Of a stretch of 39,568 nt of DNA, positions 18,268 to 29,660 are shown in pieces. Origin of the DNA: Candidatus Gastranaerophilales bacterium (GTDB lineage: Bacteria > Cyanobacteriota > Vampirovibrionia > Gastranaerophilales > Gastranaerophilaceae). The notes beneath the pieces are model-generated. The model ran no database searches. It was not told where the DNA came from and worked only from the letters and a program-made list of their open reading frames with translations. Location: the NCBI GenBank assembly GCA_031549065.1, contig JAVBQM010000073.1, positions 1 to 39,568 on the forward strand, given 5' to 3'. Position numbers and translations under genes: made by a program. The stretch's first letter is position 1, and each line of letters begins with the position of its first letter.

Positions 18268-18760
18268 ATTCCAAATACTTTTCCAGTGCTTTATATCCGT
18301 CAGAAAATTCATCTGTAGGAAAATATTTTGTCGTTTGAAGGTATTTTAGTTCCTTTACGCGAATTTCAAAAAGCTGTTCGGCGTGTTTTTTCAAAAATTC
18401 ATCTTTTGAATTTGCCCATTTTTTAATGCTCTCAAGCTCCTGATTAATATGGCGAATGCTTGTCTGCTCAAGAGTTGAAAAATTATAGTGCTTAAGAAGC
18501 GAAACTTCTGAATTGGTAGGCTTTACAGGTACTGCGCTAAAGCCGAAAACTTTTTTAATTATCATATAATTATCGGCAAGGCGTTTATGTGAAGCAGGAA
18601 TTTCACGCTTCGCAATTAAGCTCGACATCCCAAGCGTGTCGTAATAATCGGAATTTACCTCACCATATTGGGCATTTAGCCCATTTTTAACAAAGCTATA
18701 AATAATCCCTGTTCCAATCTGTATGTTCACAATAATACTACGTTCAAAATGATTTGTCAT
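18254..18760 (-). CDS. Hypothetical protein
   Basis: 168-aa ORF, convergent with the nucleotidyltransferase gene and overlapping its 3' end by 14 nt. No family recognised. Confidence 0.45.
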   Translation of the reverse strand: MTNHFERSIIVNIQIGTGIIYSFVKNGLNAQYGEVNSDYYDTLGMSSLIAKREIPASHKRLADNYMIIKKVFGFSAVPVKPTNSEVSLLKHYNFSTLEQTSIRHINQELESIKKWANSKDEFLKKHAEQLFEIRVKELKYLQTTKYFPTDEFSDGYKALEKYLEFIAG

Positions 18761-18815
18761 TAATTGTTTATTATTGTAAAATTAGTTAATGTAGATTTGC
18801 GGAGTATTATCAACT

Positions 18816-20425
<1,610 letters not shown>

Positions 20426-20437
20426 TATAATCCCATT

Positions 20438-20781
20438 GAAAGTAGGCGGATAATCGCGCCAATGTAAGTTGGTGAGGAAAGTCCGGGCATCCAAGGGCAG
20501 GCCTCTTGAGAAATCAAGTGCGTGTGAACGTGAGGACAGTGCCACAGAAAAGAAAACTACCGCAAGGTACAGGTGCAACGGTGGAGTAAAAGCCCACCAG
20601 CGGGTTTCGAGAGGAACTCGGCTCGGTAAACCCAGGCAGGATGCAAGTTTGAATGTGTGAAAGGGCTGCCCGTCCGCTTCCTTCAAGAAGGCGCACGAAG
20701 AAACGCTAGAGGTGTCCGCGCAAGCGGCATCCCAGACAGATGATTATCTTAAAAACAGAACCCGGCTTATTGCCTGCTTTC
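20438..20781 (+). ncRNA. rnpB: RNase P RNA, bacterial type A
   Basis: Contains the universally conserved P4 strands GAGGAAAGTCCGGGC (about 20472) and ACAGAACCCGGCTTA (about 20756). A P1 helix forms between GAAAGTAGGC (20438-20447) and GCCTGCTTTC (20772-20781). The track ORFs in this interval are spurious. Confidence 0.9.
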
Positions 20782-20786
20782 ATTAT

Positions 20787-22967
20787 TTATTGTTTCGTGC
20801 TGCTTTTTAAATAAGCCTTAAGCTCTGTGCTGCGTTTTTTAACGTAATCTATATAATCGTCTTTTTTCGCGCCCTCGGCCGCTCTTAAGGCAAGATATTT
20901 GTCATAATTGTCCACTGCTTCTTTGTAACTTTCGGAATTATCAAATGCGGTGGCAAGCCCGTAAACCGCAAGTGAAAACTTGGGGTCAATCTCGATAGCC
21001 TTTTTGTATTGCGCGATTGCTTCTTTGGGTTTTTTCTGTTCGTCAAAAATCAAGGCTTTGTAATAATAAGCGTATGAATTTTTGGGATCTGTCGCAATGA
21101 TTTTATCAAACGCGGCCAGTGCTTTTGGATAATCAGGTTTTTCAAAAAGCGCAATAGCATCATCAAGTGCTTTAGCGTCTTTACCCTGGCTTATAATATT
21201 AAGCGCATTTTTAGCTTCTGCATTGTTAGGGTTGAGCGCAAGAACTTTTTTGAGCCAAATTTCCGCTTGCGTATCATCATTTAAATCCATATAAGCGCCT
21301 GCTATGCCTTCAGTGGCGTCAATGTCTTTGGGGTTTTTGGCAAGAACTTTCTTGTAGTATTCAATAGCGTTTGTATGATCGTTCAATTCAGAATAACAAG
21401 CCGCAATTGCGCTCAAAACCTCGGGTGTTTGAATTGGTATTTTTTGGTAAGTTTCAAGAGCCATTTTATAGTTTTTAGCGTCCCAATATTGTGTTGCGGT
21501 TTTGTAAATGTCGCCTGCTTGTTCTTTTTCTAAATTTCCTTTGGCCTCAACCAATTTTGGGTTGTTTGGAAGCATGTTCAAACCCCAGTCGAGCGTTCCT
21601 TTGGCATTTTTGAAATCATTTTTGTTAGAGTATAAATTTGCAAGGTTAAGATACCCGTCCGTATATTTCGGGTTAAGGTTAAGCGCGTTTTTATAATATT
21701 GAATTGCTTTTTCGTGTTGACCTGCTTTGTGGGCCTGATAAGCAAAATCATATTGTGCGTTGAAATCTGTCGGGTTGTTTTGCGCTTCAACTTCAAGGTA
21801 AGACAATAATTCGCCGGGCGAGAAAGAACTTCCGGTAATTCTTGCTATGGCGGCTTTTGCGTCTTTTGTTTCGTTGTCATTCACACCGCCGAGCGCTGCG
21901 ATTTTTTTATAAGTTGCAATTGCGCCGTTGTAGTCTTTAATTTTTTCTTGCGTTTGGGCTTTATAAAAAAGTACATCCTTATTGGTAGGCTCTTTGAGTA
22001 AAATTTTATCGTATACGCTGATTGCACCCTGCGAATCGTTTTGGGCTTCATATAGTGAAGCGAGATTGTATAAAATATTTACATCGTTAGGCGATAAAGC
22101 AATTGCCCTTTGATATTGGCTTTGAGCACCCAAAAAATCACCTTTTTTTTGTAAAATTATAGCAAGGTTCATAAAAGCTTGAGCATCATTCGGGTTGACA
22201 TTTGTTCTTGAAACCCATAAATTTTCAAGCGTTTCAAGAAGTTCGGCGTTTTTCTCGCCGTATTTCAGCGCAAGGTTAAATTCTTCTGTGGCGGCTTCAA
22301 CGTTGCCGGCATCATCCAAAATTAAGGCATATTTATAGTGAACTTTTGCGTTTTTCTCGTCCATTTTCAAAAGTTTTCGATAACAATTTATGGCTTCAGC
22401 TTGATTGTTTAGGGATTTATAAATATCGCCTGCGTTTTCAAGAGCCTGTTTTGAGTAAGTTGAATTATTGAAAAGTTGGGCAAAATCATAACCTGCAGCA
22501 GATAATTCCCCTTGTGTGCGAAGAATTTTAGCCATTTCAAAGCGCTGGGCGACGGCTTGGTTTTCACCATACTTCGCCTCAAGCGAAGCCAGATTCGAAA
22601 CGGCCTGACTTACAACATTTGCGCCGATTTGGCTCTCGGGCAAGTCGCCCCAATATTTCATATAAAAAAGAGCGTTTTTAAAATCCACAATTGCTTTTTT
22701 GGGTTCATTGCTCTGGTTAACGTAAAAATCTGCGCGGGCTAAATAGCAATATATAAGCGCGTTTCGAACGGTATTATCATAAGGTTTCGCCCTTAAAACT
22801 TTTTTGAATTCCAAAATTGCGCTTGAATATTTGTTCGCCTTAAAAAGTGTTACGCCGTTATTATAATATTCATTGAAACGGGTGTAGTTGTCCATATCTG
22901 TTGCTGCGTAGACGTTTTGGGAAATGAGCGCCAGTGCGGCCGTTGAAATTAATATTTTCTTAAGCAT
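20787..22967 (-). CDS. Large secreted TPR-repeat protein
   Basis: Probable start MLKKILISTAALALISQNVYA (signal peptide; ATG at 22967 preceded by GGAG). The track ORF extends to 23075. Many TPR units follow (e.g. AIEYYKKVLAKNPKDIDA, AIAQYKKAIEIDPKFSLA). Confidence 0.8.
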   Translation of the reverse strand: MLKKILISTAALALISQNVYAATDMDNYTRFNEYYNNGVTLFKANKYSSAILEFKKVLRAKPYDNTVRNALIYCYLARADFYVNQSNEPKKAIVDFKNALFYMKYWGDLPESQIGANVVSQAVSNLASLEAKYGENQAVAQRFEMAKILRTQGELSAAGYDFAQLFNNSTYSKQALENAGDIYKSLNNQAEAINCYRKLLKMDEKNAKVHYKYALILDDAGNVEAATEEFNLALKYGEKNAELLETLENLWVSRTNVNPNDAQAFMNLAIILQKKGDFLGAQSQYQRAIALSPNDVNILYNLASLYEAQNDSQGAISVYDKILLKEPTNKDVLFYKAQTQEKIKDYNGAIATYKKIAALGGVNDNETKDAKAAIARITGSSFSPGELLSYLEVEAQNNPTDFNAQYDFAYQAHKAGQHEKAIQYYKNALNLNPKYTDGYLNLANLYSNKNDFKNAKGTLDWGLNMLPNNPKLVEAKGNLEKEQAGDIYKTATQYWDAKNYKMALETYQKIPIQTPEVLSAIAACYSELNDHTNAIEYYKKVLAKNPKDIDATEGIAGAYMDLNDDTQAEIWLKKVLALNPNNAEAKNALNIISQGKDAKALDDAIALFEKPDYPKALAAFDKIIATDPKNSYAYYYKALIFDEQKKPKEAIAQYKKAIEIDPKFSLAVYGLATAFDNSESYKEAVDNYDKYLALRAAEGAKKDDYIDYVKKRSTELKAYLKSSTKQ

Positions 22968-23049
22968 AATTTGACTCCGTTTTATAAAAGAATTATACAA
23001 TAAACTTAGCCCGTTTTTATACACAGGAGAGCAGTTTTTTTGAGATATA

Positions 23050-23700
23050 ATGAAAATTATGCAACTTACATACATTAATAATAATCAAAATAAACTTCTT
23101 ATTTTCTTTTGCGGTTTTTACACTGACGAAAACTGTTTTAAAGATTTTGACCATAAAACGCACGACATTTTACACGTGTATGATTATTCCACAATAGATT
23201 ATGATATTTTTGACGATTTTGATTTTTCACCATATACAGAAATTGACCTTATTGCTTACTCTTACGGCGTTTGGGCCACAGGTGTGATGAATTTGGCGCG
23301 CGCTTTACCCAAGATCGACAGAAGTTTAGCGATTTGTGGCACTTTTAAACCGATTGATGATGTTTACGGTGTGCCGTCTAAAATTTATGACATCATGTTA
23401 AAAAACTTGAACACTTCCACACTTTCTACTTTTGAAAGCAAGATGTTTCAGGGCGCGGAAATCAAAAAATCCGCGCGTACAATTGAAAATTTGCGTGAGG
23501 AGTTGGAAAACATTAAAGAAATGAGCGCGATGAAAACCCATTTTGATTTTGATTCTGTGATTTGTGCGAAAAATGACAGAATTATTCCGTTTTCTTCACA
23601 GGAAAACCACTGGGCGACCCACCCTAATAAGAAAATTTTAAATACGGGACATTTCCCTTTTTATGAATTTGGCGGGTTTGAAGAAATGTTAGCAATATGA
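23050..23700 (+). CDS. bioG: Pimeloyl-ACP methyl ester esterase BioG (DUF452)
   Basis: Aligns by eye with Haemophilus BioG as I recall it. LLIFFCGFY matches LILYFAGWG. HDILHVYDY...IDLIAYSYGVWA matches HDLLICYDY...IRLVAWSMGVWV, with the nucleophile Ser retained. ICGTFKPIDDVYGVP matches VNGTGLPCDDSFGIP. The true start may be the ATG at 23059 (TATAAT-N7-ATG). Confidence 0.8.
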   Translation: MKIMQLTYINNNQNKLLIFFCGFYTDENCFKDFDHKTHDILHVYDYSTIDYDIFDDFDFSPYTEIDLIAYSYGVWATGVMNLARALPKIDRSLAICGTFKPIDDVYGVPSKIYDIMLKNLNTSTLSTFESKMFQGAEIKKSARTIENLREELENIKEMSAMKTHFDFDSVICAKNDRIIPFSSQENHWATHPNKKILNTGHFPFYEFGGFEEMLAI

Positions 23701-24407
23701 ACTTTGCAAAAGCTCAAAAAACTTACAATCAAAATGCTATTGTGCAAAAAGAAATGGCAAAAAAATTATTCAAAGTGTTTGAAGGTTTTTCTCTTATGCC
23801 TTCTAAAATGCTTGAAATTGGTTCCGGCACGGGTTTTTTGACAAGTCATTTGCTTAAAGCTTTTCCCGAAGCACAAATTTTTCTAAACGACATTAACGCC
23901 AATCAAACGGGATTTTCAAGCCCTAAATTTCTACAGGGCAATATTTGCGAAGTTGAAATTCCGCAAGAACTTGATTTAGTGGTTTCAAATGCTGTTTTTC
24001 AATGGGTTGGCGATTTAGATGAACTTTTCCAAAAACTTTATTGCGCGCTTGCACCCGGCGGCTTGCTTGCCTTTAGTGCCTTTGGCCCTTTGAATTACAA
24101 GCAATTTGGCGAACAAGACATGCTCAACTACCCTTCATTGTCGGAACTTGAATATCTTTTGACTCGAAATTCTTTTGAAATTTTATATCTTGAACATGAA
24201 CTTAAAACCCTTTATTTCCAAGATGCACGTGAGGTTTTAGAGCATGTTCGAGCAACAGGGGTTACAACTTTTTCGACCACAAAAAGGGGCATGTGGACAA
24301 AAGAAACGCTAAAAACCTTTGAAGAAACCTATTTAGCACAAAATTCCAGCGCTAACGGTGTCGAGTTAACCTACCACCCCCTATATTGTTGTGCCAAAAA
24401 GATATAA
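23697..24407 (+). CDS. bioC: Malonyl-ACP O-methyltransferase BioC
   Basis: 236 aa. FAKAQKTYNQNAIVQKEMAKKL is a BioC-type N-terminus. SAM motif I is LEIGSGTGFLT. It overlaps the bioG stop by 4 nt. Confidence 0.8.
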   Translation: MNFAKAQKTYNQNAIVQKEMAKKLFKVFEGFSLMPSKMLEIGSGTGFLTSHLLKAFPEAQIFLNDINANQTGFSSPKFLQGNICEVEIPQELDLVVSNAVFQWVGDLDELFQKLYCALAPGGLLAFSAFGPLNYKQFGEQDMLNYPSLSELEYLLTRNSFEILYLEHELKTLYFQDAREVLEHVRATGVTTFSTTKRGMWTKETLKTFEETYLAQNSSANGVELTYHPLYCCAKKI

Positions 24408-24569
24408 ATTGTAAATATAAAAACTCCTTGCGGGAGTAATAATTCCCCAAATAATGTTAAGCTATGTTAACAAAAATTTAAAAAATATATACAAAGTAGT
24501 CAATTTTTTGCAGGGAATATTCTTTATATATATAAGGGAGAGATAACCACCGTATAAAGGAGAAAGAAG

Positions 24570-24758
24570 ATGGCCAGAGTACTTATTTCAATGCCTGAGA
24601 AATTTCTAGATGAGATTGATCACGTTGCAGACAACGAGAATCGTTCACGTTCGGAACTTATCAGAGAAGCTTTGAGAAGCTACATCCACAGAAACAAAGC
24701 GCGTGAAAATTCATTCGCAACCAAAAATGCAACAATCTTGGAAGCTTTGCTAGATTAA
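24570..24758 (+). CDS. Ribbon-helix-helix (CopG/Arc/MetJ superfamily) DNA-binding protein, orphan
   Basis: 62 aa. The RVLISMPEKFLDEIDHVADNENRSRSELIREALRSYI pattern (beta strand, then two helices) is typical of the RHH fold. Strong SD AAAGGAGAAAGAAG. No partner toxin-like ORF follows. Confidence 0.75.
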   Translation: MARVLISMPEKFLDEIDHVADNENRSRSELIREALRSYIHRNKARENSFATKNATILEALLD

Positions 24759-24764
24759 TTAAAG

Positions 24765-24960
24765 GCTACTGAGACCGGGAGTTAAGAGAGGATTTGTCAG
24801 GGGTGCCTGACATTAAAAAACACGAGACACAAGAGAGTAAAACCTAGCAATAGTACCTGAGAGACACTATTGCGACAGACACACAATGAGAGAGAACACT
24901 TCGACAGTTGAGAGCGTCGGGGTACACGAGAAAAAGCGAGAGAAACGAGCTTTAAATGTG
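24765..24960 (+). ncRNA. Candidate structured 3'UTR or sRNA: U-poor, GAGA-motif-rich RNA
   Basis: At least 10 non-overlapping GAGA cores lie on the + strand between 24771 and 24943. There is a 7-bp hairpin (24795-24812) and an 8-bp hairpin (24847-24873) whose 11-nt loop is ACCUGAGAGAC. A strong terminator follows. No credible ORF is present. Confidence 0.35.
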
Positions 24961-24961
24961 C

Positions 24962-24988
24962 AAGGGTGGCATGTCCACCCTTTTTATT
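24962..24988 (+). terminator. Rho-independent terminator
   Basis: GGGTGG (24964-24969), loop CATGT, CCACCC (24975-24980), then TTTTT-ATT. The T-run is on the + strand. The site lies 4 nt from the convergent argF stop. Confidence 0.75.
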
Positions 24989-24992
24989 ATGT

Positions 24993-25928
24993 TTACATAA
25001 TTTCGTTCATTATTGCTTTTTGCGCATGCAAGCGGTTTTCCGCCTGTTCAAAAATTATTGCAGCATGGCGTTCTAAAACCTCATTGGTGATTTCTTCGCC
25101 CCTGTGTGCCGGAAGACAGTGGAGCACTATGTGGTTTGGGTTTGCATGTTTAAGAAGTTCATCATTTACCTGATATGGCGCAAAAACAGTTTTCCTTTGA
25201 GCTGTTTCTCCTTCTTGCCCCATTGAAGCCCAAACATCAGTATAGACTATGTTTGCCCCTTGAACGCCGGTTGCCGGATTATTTGTAACATCTACTTTTG
25301 CACCTGTTTTTTCAGCAATTTCGCGCGCACGGTTCAGATAACTTACCAGAGGTTCATAACCCTGCGGGCACACAATAGTAACATCCATTCCGACATGCGC
25401 ACATCCCAGAAGCAAAGTGTTTGCGACGTTATTTCCATCGCCAACGTAGACTAATTTTAAACCTCTAAAATATTTCATATCTTTAAAATGTTCTTTAATA
25501 GTTAGCAAATCTGCCATAATCTGACAAGGGTGAGAATTATCTGTTAACCCGTTGATCACAGGTATGGTTGAATTTCTGGCGAATTCTTCAACGTCAGCGT
25601 GAGCAAAAGTGCGAATCATAACGCAATCGCCGTAGCGCGCGATTGTACGCGCCGTATCTGCAACAGTTTCGCGCACTCCGAGGTTTATTTCATCTTGCTT
25701 TAGGGTGACTGTGCTCATTCCGAGTTGATGCGCCCCCACTTCAAAGCTCACACGGGTTCTAAGACTTGGCTTAGAAAAAATCGATACCAACGTTTTGTGC
25801 TGGTGATTAAGGTGTTTTTGCCCCATTTTCGTTTGCCTTTTGAGTTCTTTTGCGCGCATAATAAGGAATTCTATTTCCTCGCTTGTAAAATCCCAAAGAT
25901 TAATAAAATGTTTACCTTTTAATTGCAT
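24993..25928 (-). CDS. argF: Ornithine carbamoyltransferase
   Basis: 311 aa. Carbamoyl-phosphate motif SLRTRVSFE, plus HPCQ and HCLPAHRGEE motifs. Confidence 0.93.
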   Translation of the reverse strand: MQLKGKHFINLWDFTSEEIEFLIMRAKELKRQTKMGQKHLNHQHKTLVSIFSKPSLRTRVSFEVGAHQLGMSTVTLKQDEINLGVRETVADTARTIARYGDCVMIRTFAHADVEEFARNSTIPVINGLTDNSHPCQIMADLLTIKEHFKDMKYFRGLKLVYVGDGNNVANTLLLGCAHVGMDVTIVCPQGYEPLVSYLNRAREIAEKTGAKVDVTNNPATGVQGANIVYTDVWASMGQEGETAQRKTVFAPYQVNDELLKHANPNHIVLHCLPAHRGEEITNEVLERHAAIIFEQAENRLHAQKAIMNEIM

Positions 25929-27309
25929 ATAAAAACCTTTCGTTTATTTCAATTACTTCCTTCACGGCGGTCGATGAGGGTGAGCCGGTTATTTCGCGTC
26001 TTTCAACGCAATTTTTAAGGTCAATTGCCTCATAAATATCTTTTTCAAAAAGCGGACTAAACTTATTATATTCTTCCAAAGTGATTTCGTCTAGTGTCAC
26101 GCCTTTTTGAATGCAATAGAAAACAATTTCACCGCTTATTTTATGGGTTTCGCGGAAAGGAACACCTTTTTTAACTAAATAATCTGCAACATCTGTGGCG
26201 TTAGTGTAACCGAGTTTTGCGCCCTTTTCCATGTTTTCTGTATTGAATTTTGTTGTGGCAAGCATTTTTTCAAAAATTTCTAGACAAGATTTTATATTAT
26301 CAACAGAATCAAAAACCGCTTCTTTATCTTCTTGCATGTCCTTATTGTAGGCGAGTGGAAGGCCTTTTAACATTGTGAGCGCTGCCATTAAATTTCCAAA
26401 GATTCTGCCTGATTTTCCGCGAATTAGTTCCGCTATATCGGGGTTTTTCTTTTGGGGCATTATGCTTGAACCCGTTGAAAAAGCATCATCAAGTTCAATA
26501 TAGCTGAATTCAGGCGTTGCCCAAAGAATAATCTCTTCGCAAAAACGGCTTAAATGCACACTGATAAGAGCTATTGCGCTTTCCAACTCTACGCAAAAAT
26601 CTCTGTCGCTCACGGCGTCCATCGAATTTAGCGTGACACTCGCAAAACCAAGTTCCTTCGCGACAAATTCCCTATCAAGGGGATATGTTGTACCCGCGAG
26701 GGCGCAAGAACCAAGCGGCATAACATTTGTGCGTTTATAAACATCGCCAAGGCGCTCATAATCGCGCTTAAACATCTCAAAGTAAGCGAGTAAATGGTGC
26801 GCGAGCGTTACAGGCTGGGCTTTTTGAAGATGTGTGCAACCGGCAATTAGCGTTTCTGTGTGGTTTTTGGCCAATTCAAGAAGTGTATTTAAAAGCAAGG
26901 CGAGTAAATTTTGAATATTGATAATTTCATCTTTTAAATACATCCTTAAATCAAGCGCAACCTGGTCGTTTCGGCTTCGCGCGGTGTGAAGTTTTTTGCC
27001 GACTTCACCGATGCGCTCAATCAAAATAGTTTCAATGTTCATGTGGATATCTTCCGCGCTAACACTGAATTCAACTTTGCCCGCTTCAATGTCAGATAGA
27101 ATTTGCGCAAGCGCCGCTTCAATTGCTGCGGCATCGCCTGTACCCACAATCTCTTGTTTTGCAAGCATTTTCACATGTGCGATCGAGCCTAAAATGTCAT
27201 ATTTATAAAGTCTTTTATCGAAGCGGATTGAAGAATTGAAATCATCAACGATTTCATCTGTTTTGGCGCAAAACCTTCCGCCCCAAAGCTTTTCGTTCCC
27301 TGTGCTCAT
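25912..27309 (-). CDS. argH: Argininosuccinate lyase
   Basis: 465 aa. LWGGRF N-terminus, fumarate-lyase signature GSSIMPQKKNPD, and TARSRNDQV. Confidence 0.95.
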   Translation of the reverse strand: MSTGNEKLWGGRFCAKTDEIVDDFNSSIRFDKRLYKYDILGSIAHVKMLAKQEIVGTGDAAAIEAALAQILSDIEAGKVEFSVSAEDIHMNIETILIERIGEVGKKLHTARSRNDQVALDLRMYLKDEIINIQNLLALLLNTLLELAKNHTETLIAGCTHLQKAQPVTLAHHLLAYFEMFKRDYERLGDVYKRTNVMPLGSCALAGTTYPLDREFVAKELGFASVTLNSMDAVSDRDFCVELESAIALISVHLSRFCEEIILWATPEFSYIELDDAFSTGSSIMPQKKNPDIAELIRGKSGRIFGNLMAALTMLKGLPLAYNKDMQEDKEAVFDSVDNIKSCLEIFEKMLATTKFNTENMEKGAKLGYTNATDVADYLVKKGVPFRETHKISGEIVFYCIQKGVTLDEITLEEYNKFSPLFEKDIYEAIDLKNCVERREITGSPSSTAVKEVIEINERFLYAIKR

Positions 27310-28512
27310 TTACTTTTTCCCTAATAACATTGCGCGAACCTTTAATGGCAAACCAAATAGGTTAATAAACCCTTCGGCATCCTTGTGGTTGTAGAGTTCG
27401 CCTGTTGTGAAGCTTGCTAAACTCTCTGAATACAAGGAATTAGGTGAAGTCACGCCCGCTAAAATGATGTTACCTTTGTACAATTTAAGTTTAACTTTGC
27501 CCGAAACCGTTTTTTGAGTTTCATCAATAAACGTTGAAAGTGCTTCCCTTAGTGGTGCAAACCATTCGCCGTTGTAAGTGAGTTGTGCGAATTTGTTTGC
27601 AACATCCAATTTGTAGTGGTAAGTTTGTTTGTCGAGACATAAATGCTCAAGGTGTTCAAGCGCTTCATAAAGCACTGTTGCGCCGGGTGTTTCATAAACC
27701 CCGCGGCTTTTCATTCCGACAAGGCGGTTTTCAACAATATCAACAATCCCGACGCCGTTTTCACCCGCGATTTTATTTAATTGGGTCAAAAGTTCAACCG
27801 GGCCGAGCAATTTGCCGTTTAGCGCAATCGGTACGCCGCGTCTGAATTCAATTTCAACAAGCGTATCTTTATCAGGCGCTTTTTGAGGGCTTACGCCAAG
27901 CTTTAAAAGTCTGTCATAGTTTGGTTCTTGGGCCGGGTCTTCAAGTTCCAAGCCTTCGTGCGAAATATGCCAAATGTTTCTGTCACGAGAATAGCTGTCG
28001 TCTTTTTTCATCGGCACTGGTATATTGCGTTTTTCCAGATAAGCAATCGCATCTTCACGCGATTGAATGTCCCAAATTCTCCATGGTGCAATGATTTTCA
28101 AATGAGGCGCAAGCGCTTTAATGGTAAGTTCAAATCGAACCTGATCATTTCCTTTGCCTGTCGCACCGTGGCAAATTGCCGTTGCACCCTCTTTTTTGGC
28201 AATATCTACAAGAACTTTTGCAATCAAAGGCCGCGCGATTGATGTGCCTAAAAGATAGCGGCTTTCGTATTTTGCGCCTGCTTTAAGGGTTGGAAATGCG
28301 TAATCTTCCAAAAATTCTTTTGTGACGTCCTTTAAATAGAATTTGCTTGCGCCTGAATTGATTGCGCGCTCTTTGAGGCCTTCGGTTTCACTGCCCTGGC
28401 CGACGTCGATACAAGCTGCGATAATTTCGCAATCGTAATTTTCTTTTAACCACGGTATTATAACTGTCGTGTCAAGCCCGCCGGAGTAAGCTAAAACAAC
28501 TTTTTCTTTCAT
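27310..28512 (-). CDS. argG: Argininosuccinate synthase
   Basis: 400 aa. [10 protein letters not shown]-loop-like motif and [13 protein letters not shown] motif. Confidence 0.95.
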   Translation of the reverse strand: MKEKVVLAYSGGLDTTVIIPWLKENYDCEIIAACIDVGQGSETEGLKERAINSGASKFYLKDVTKEFLEDYAFPTLKAGAKYESRYLLGTSIARPLIAKVLVDIAKKEGATAICHGATGKGNDQVRFELTIKALAPHLKIIAPWRIWDIQSREDAIAYLEKRNIPVPMKKDDSYSRDRNIWHISHEGLELEDPAQEPNYDRLLKLGVSPQKAPDKDTLVEIEFRRGVPIALNGKLLGPVELLTQLNKIAGENGVGIVDIVENRLVGMKSRGVYETPGATVLYEALEHLEHLCLDKQTYHYKLDVANKFAQLTYNGEWFAPLREALSTFIDETQKTVSGKVKLKLYKGNIILAGVTSPNSLYSESLASFTTGELYNHKDAEGFINLFGLPLKVRAMLLGKK

Positions 28513-29660
28513 ATTATCTCCTTTAAGATTTTAATTCCTTCGTCTATTTGTTCTTTTGTGATTGTTAATGGCGGCGCAAAACGCAAAACGTTTTCGCCCG
28601 CAGAAAGTATTAAAAGTCCCTTTTCAAGCGCCTTTTTTACATATTCTGCCGGTTTGCCTTCAACCTCTAAACCCAGCAATAGCCCTTGGCCTCTCAGCTT
28701 TGGTAACTGCGATTTAAAATATTCGCCCATTTTTTGAACATGCGCAAGAAATTCAGGCTTTGCAACTTTTTTTGCAACATAAAGCCCTGCCGCACAAGAA
28801 AGAGGGTTTCCGCCAAAAGTTGTACCGTGTGTAGCTGGCGTGAAAATTTCTGTAAATTCACCGCGCGCTAAAATTGCGCCGATTGGAATGCCGCCCCCCA
28901 AACCCTTCGCAAGGGTTAAAATATCAGGTATGACACTAAAATTTTCATAAGCAAAAAACTTGCCCGTGCGCCCGATTCCTGTTTGAACTTCGTCGAAAAT
29001 AAGGGCGATATTTTTCTCATCGCAAAGCTTGCGAATAGCCTCTAGAAAACTTTTTTCTGCGGGCACAACGCCGCCTTCACCTTGAACAGGTTCTAAAAAT
29101 ATAGCGCAAACGCTCTCATCGACGAGTTTTTTAACCGATTCAAAATTGTTGAATTCAGCAAACCTGACCTCTCCAATTAAAGGTTCAAAGCCTTGCTGAT
29201 ATTTGGTTTGGCCGGTTAGTGCCAAGGCGCCCGTGCTTCTTCCGTGGAAAGAATTTTTAAATGAAATGAAATTTGTGCAACTTTCTCCCTTAGTCTTTTT
29301 TGCCCTTAGGCGTGCAAGTTTCAGTGCACATTCGTTCGCTTCTGTGCCCGAATTACAGAAAAAAGCCCTATCAAAATCGTGCTTGCACAACTCTTGTGCC
29401 AAAAGTGTTTGCGGCTCGTTATAATAAAGGTTTGAGCAATGTAAAAGCTTATCAATCTGGCTCTTTAAAGTATCCTTAAACCCTTCGTCGTCATACCCGA
29501 GCGAATTTACGGCAATTCCCGCTGTAAAATCAAGGTATTTTTTGCCGTTTTTGTCGATAATATAACCGTCTTTAGCCCTATCAACTACAATTTTGTAGCG
29601 AGAGTAGGTGTTAAAGGTATATTTTTCGCTTATTTCAATAATTTCTTCTGTTGTTGTCAT
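28509..29660 (-). CDS. argD: Acetylornithine aminotransferase (class III PLP aminotransferase)
   Basis: 383 aa. [24 protein letters not shown] and the PLP-lysine context TLAKGLGGG. It lies within the arg operon. Confidence 0.88.
   Translation of the reverse strand: MTTTEEIIEISEKYTFNTYSRYKIVVDRAKDGYIIDKNGKKYLDFTAGIAVNSLGYDDEGFKDTLKSQIDKLLHCSNLYYNEPQTLLAQELCKHDFDRAFFCNSGTEANECALKLARLRAKKTKGESCTNFISFKNSFHGRSTGALALTGQTKYQQGFEPLIGEVRFAEFNNFESVKKLVDESVCAIFLEPVQGEGGVVPAEKSFLEAIRKLCDEKNIALIFDEVQTGIGRTGKFFAYENFSVIPDILTLAKGLGGGIPIGAILARGEFTEIFTPATHGTTFGGNPLSCAAGLYVAKKVAKPEFLAHVQKMGEYFKSQLPKLRGQGLLLGLEVEGKPAEYVKKALEKGLLILSAGENVLRFAPPLTITKEQIDEGIKILKEII

Noticed and set aside
24765-24960. TRAP-like (G/U)AG triplet array, or a type III toxin-antitoxin RNA repeat, as an explanation for the GAGA-rich RNA
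   Set aside because: TRAP sites need about 9-11 triplets at a regular 2-3 nt spacing, and the spacing here is irregular. Type III antitoxin RNAs are exact tandem repeats placed upstream of a toxin gene. Here the repeats are only short motifs, they lie downstream of an RHH gene, and no endoribonuclease-like ORF follows.
24886-25173. 95-aa + strand ORF (MRENTSTVESVGVHEKKREKRALNVQGWHVHPF...) covering the GAGA-rich region
   Set aside because: It reads straight through the intrinsic terminator hairpin and then runs antisense to the 3' end of argF. It has no SD, and its composition simply reflects the purine-rich RNA. I treated it as non-coding.
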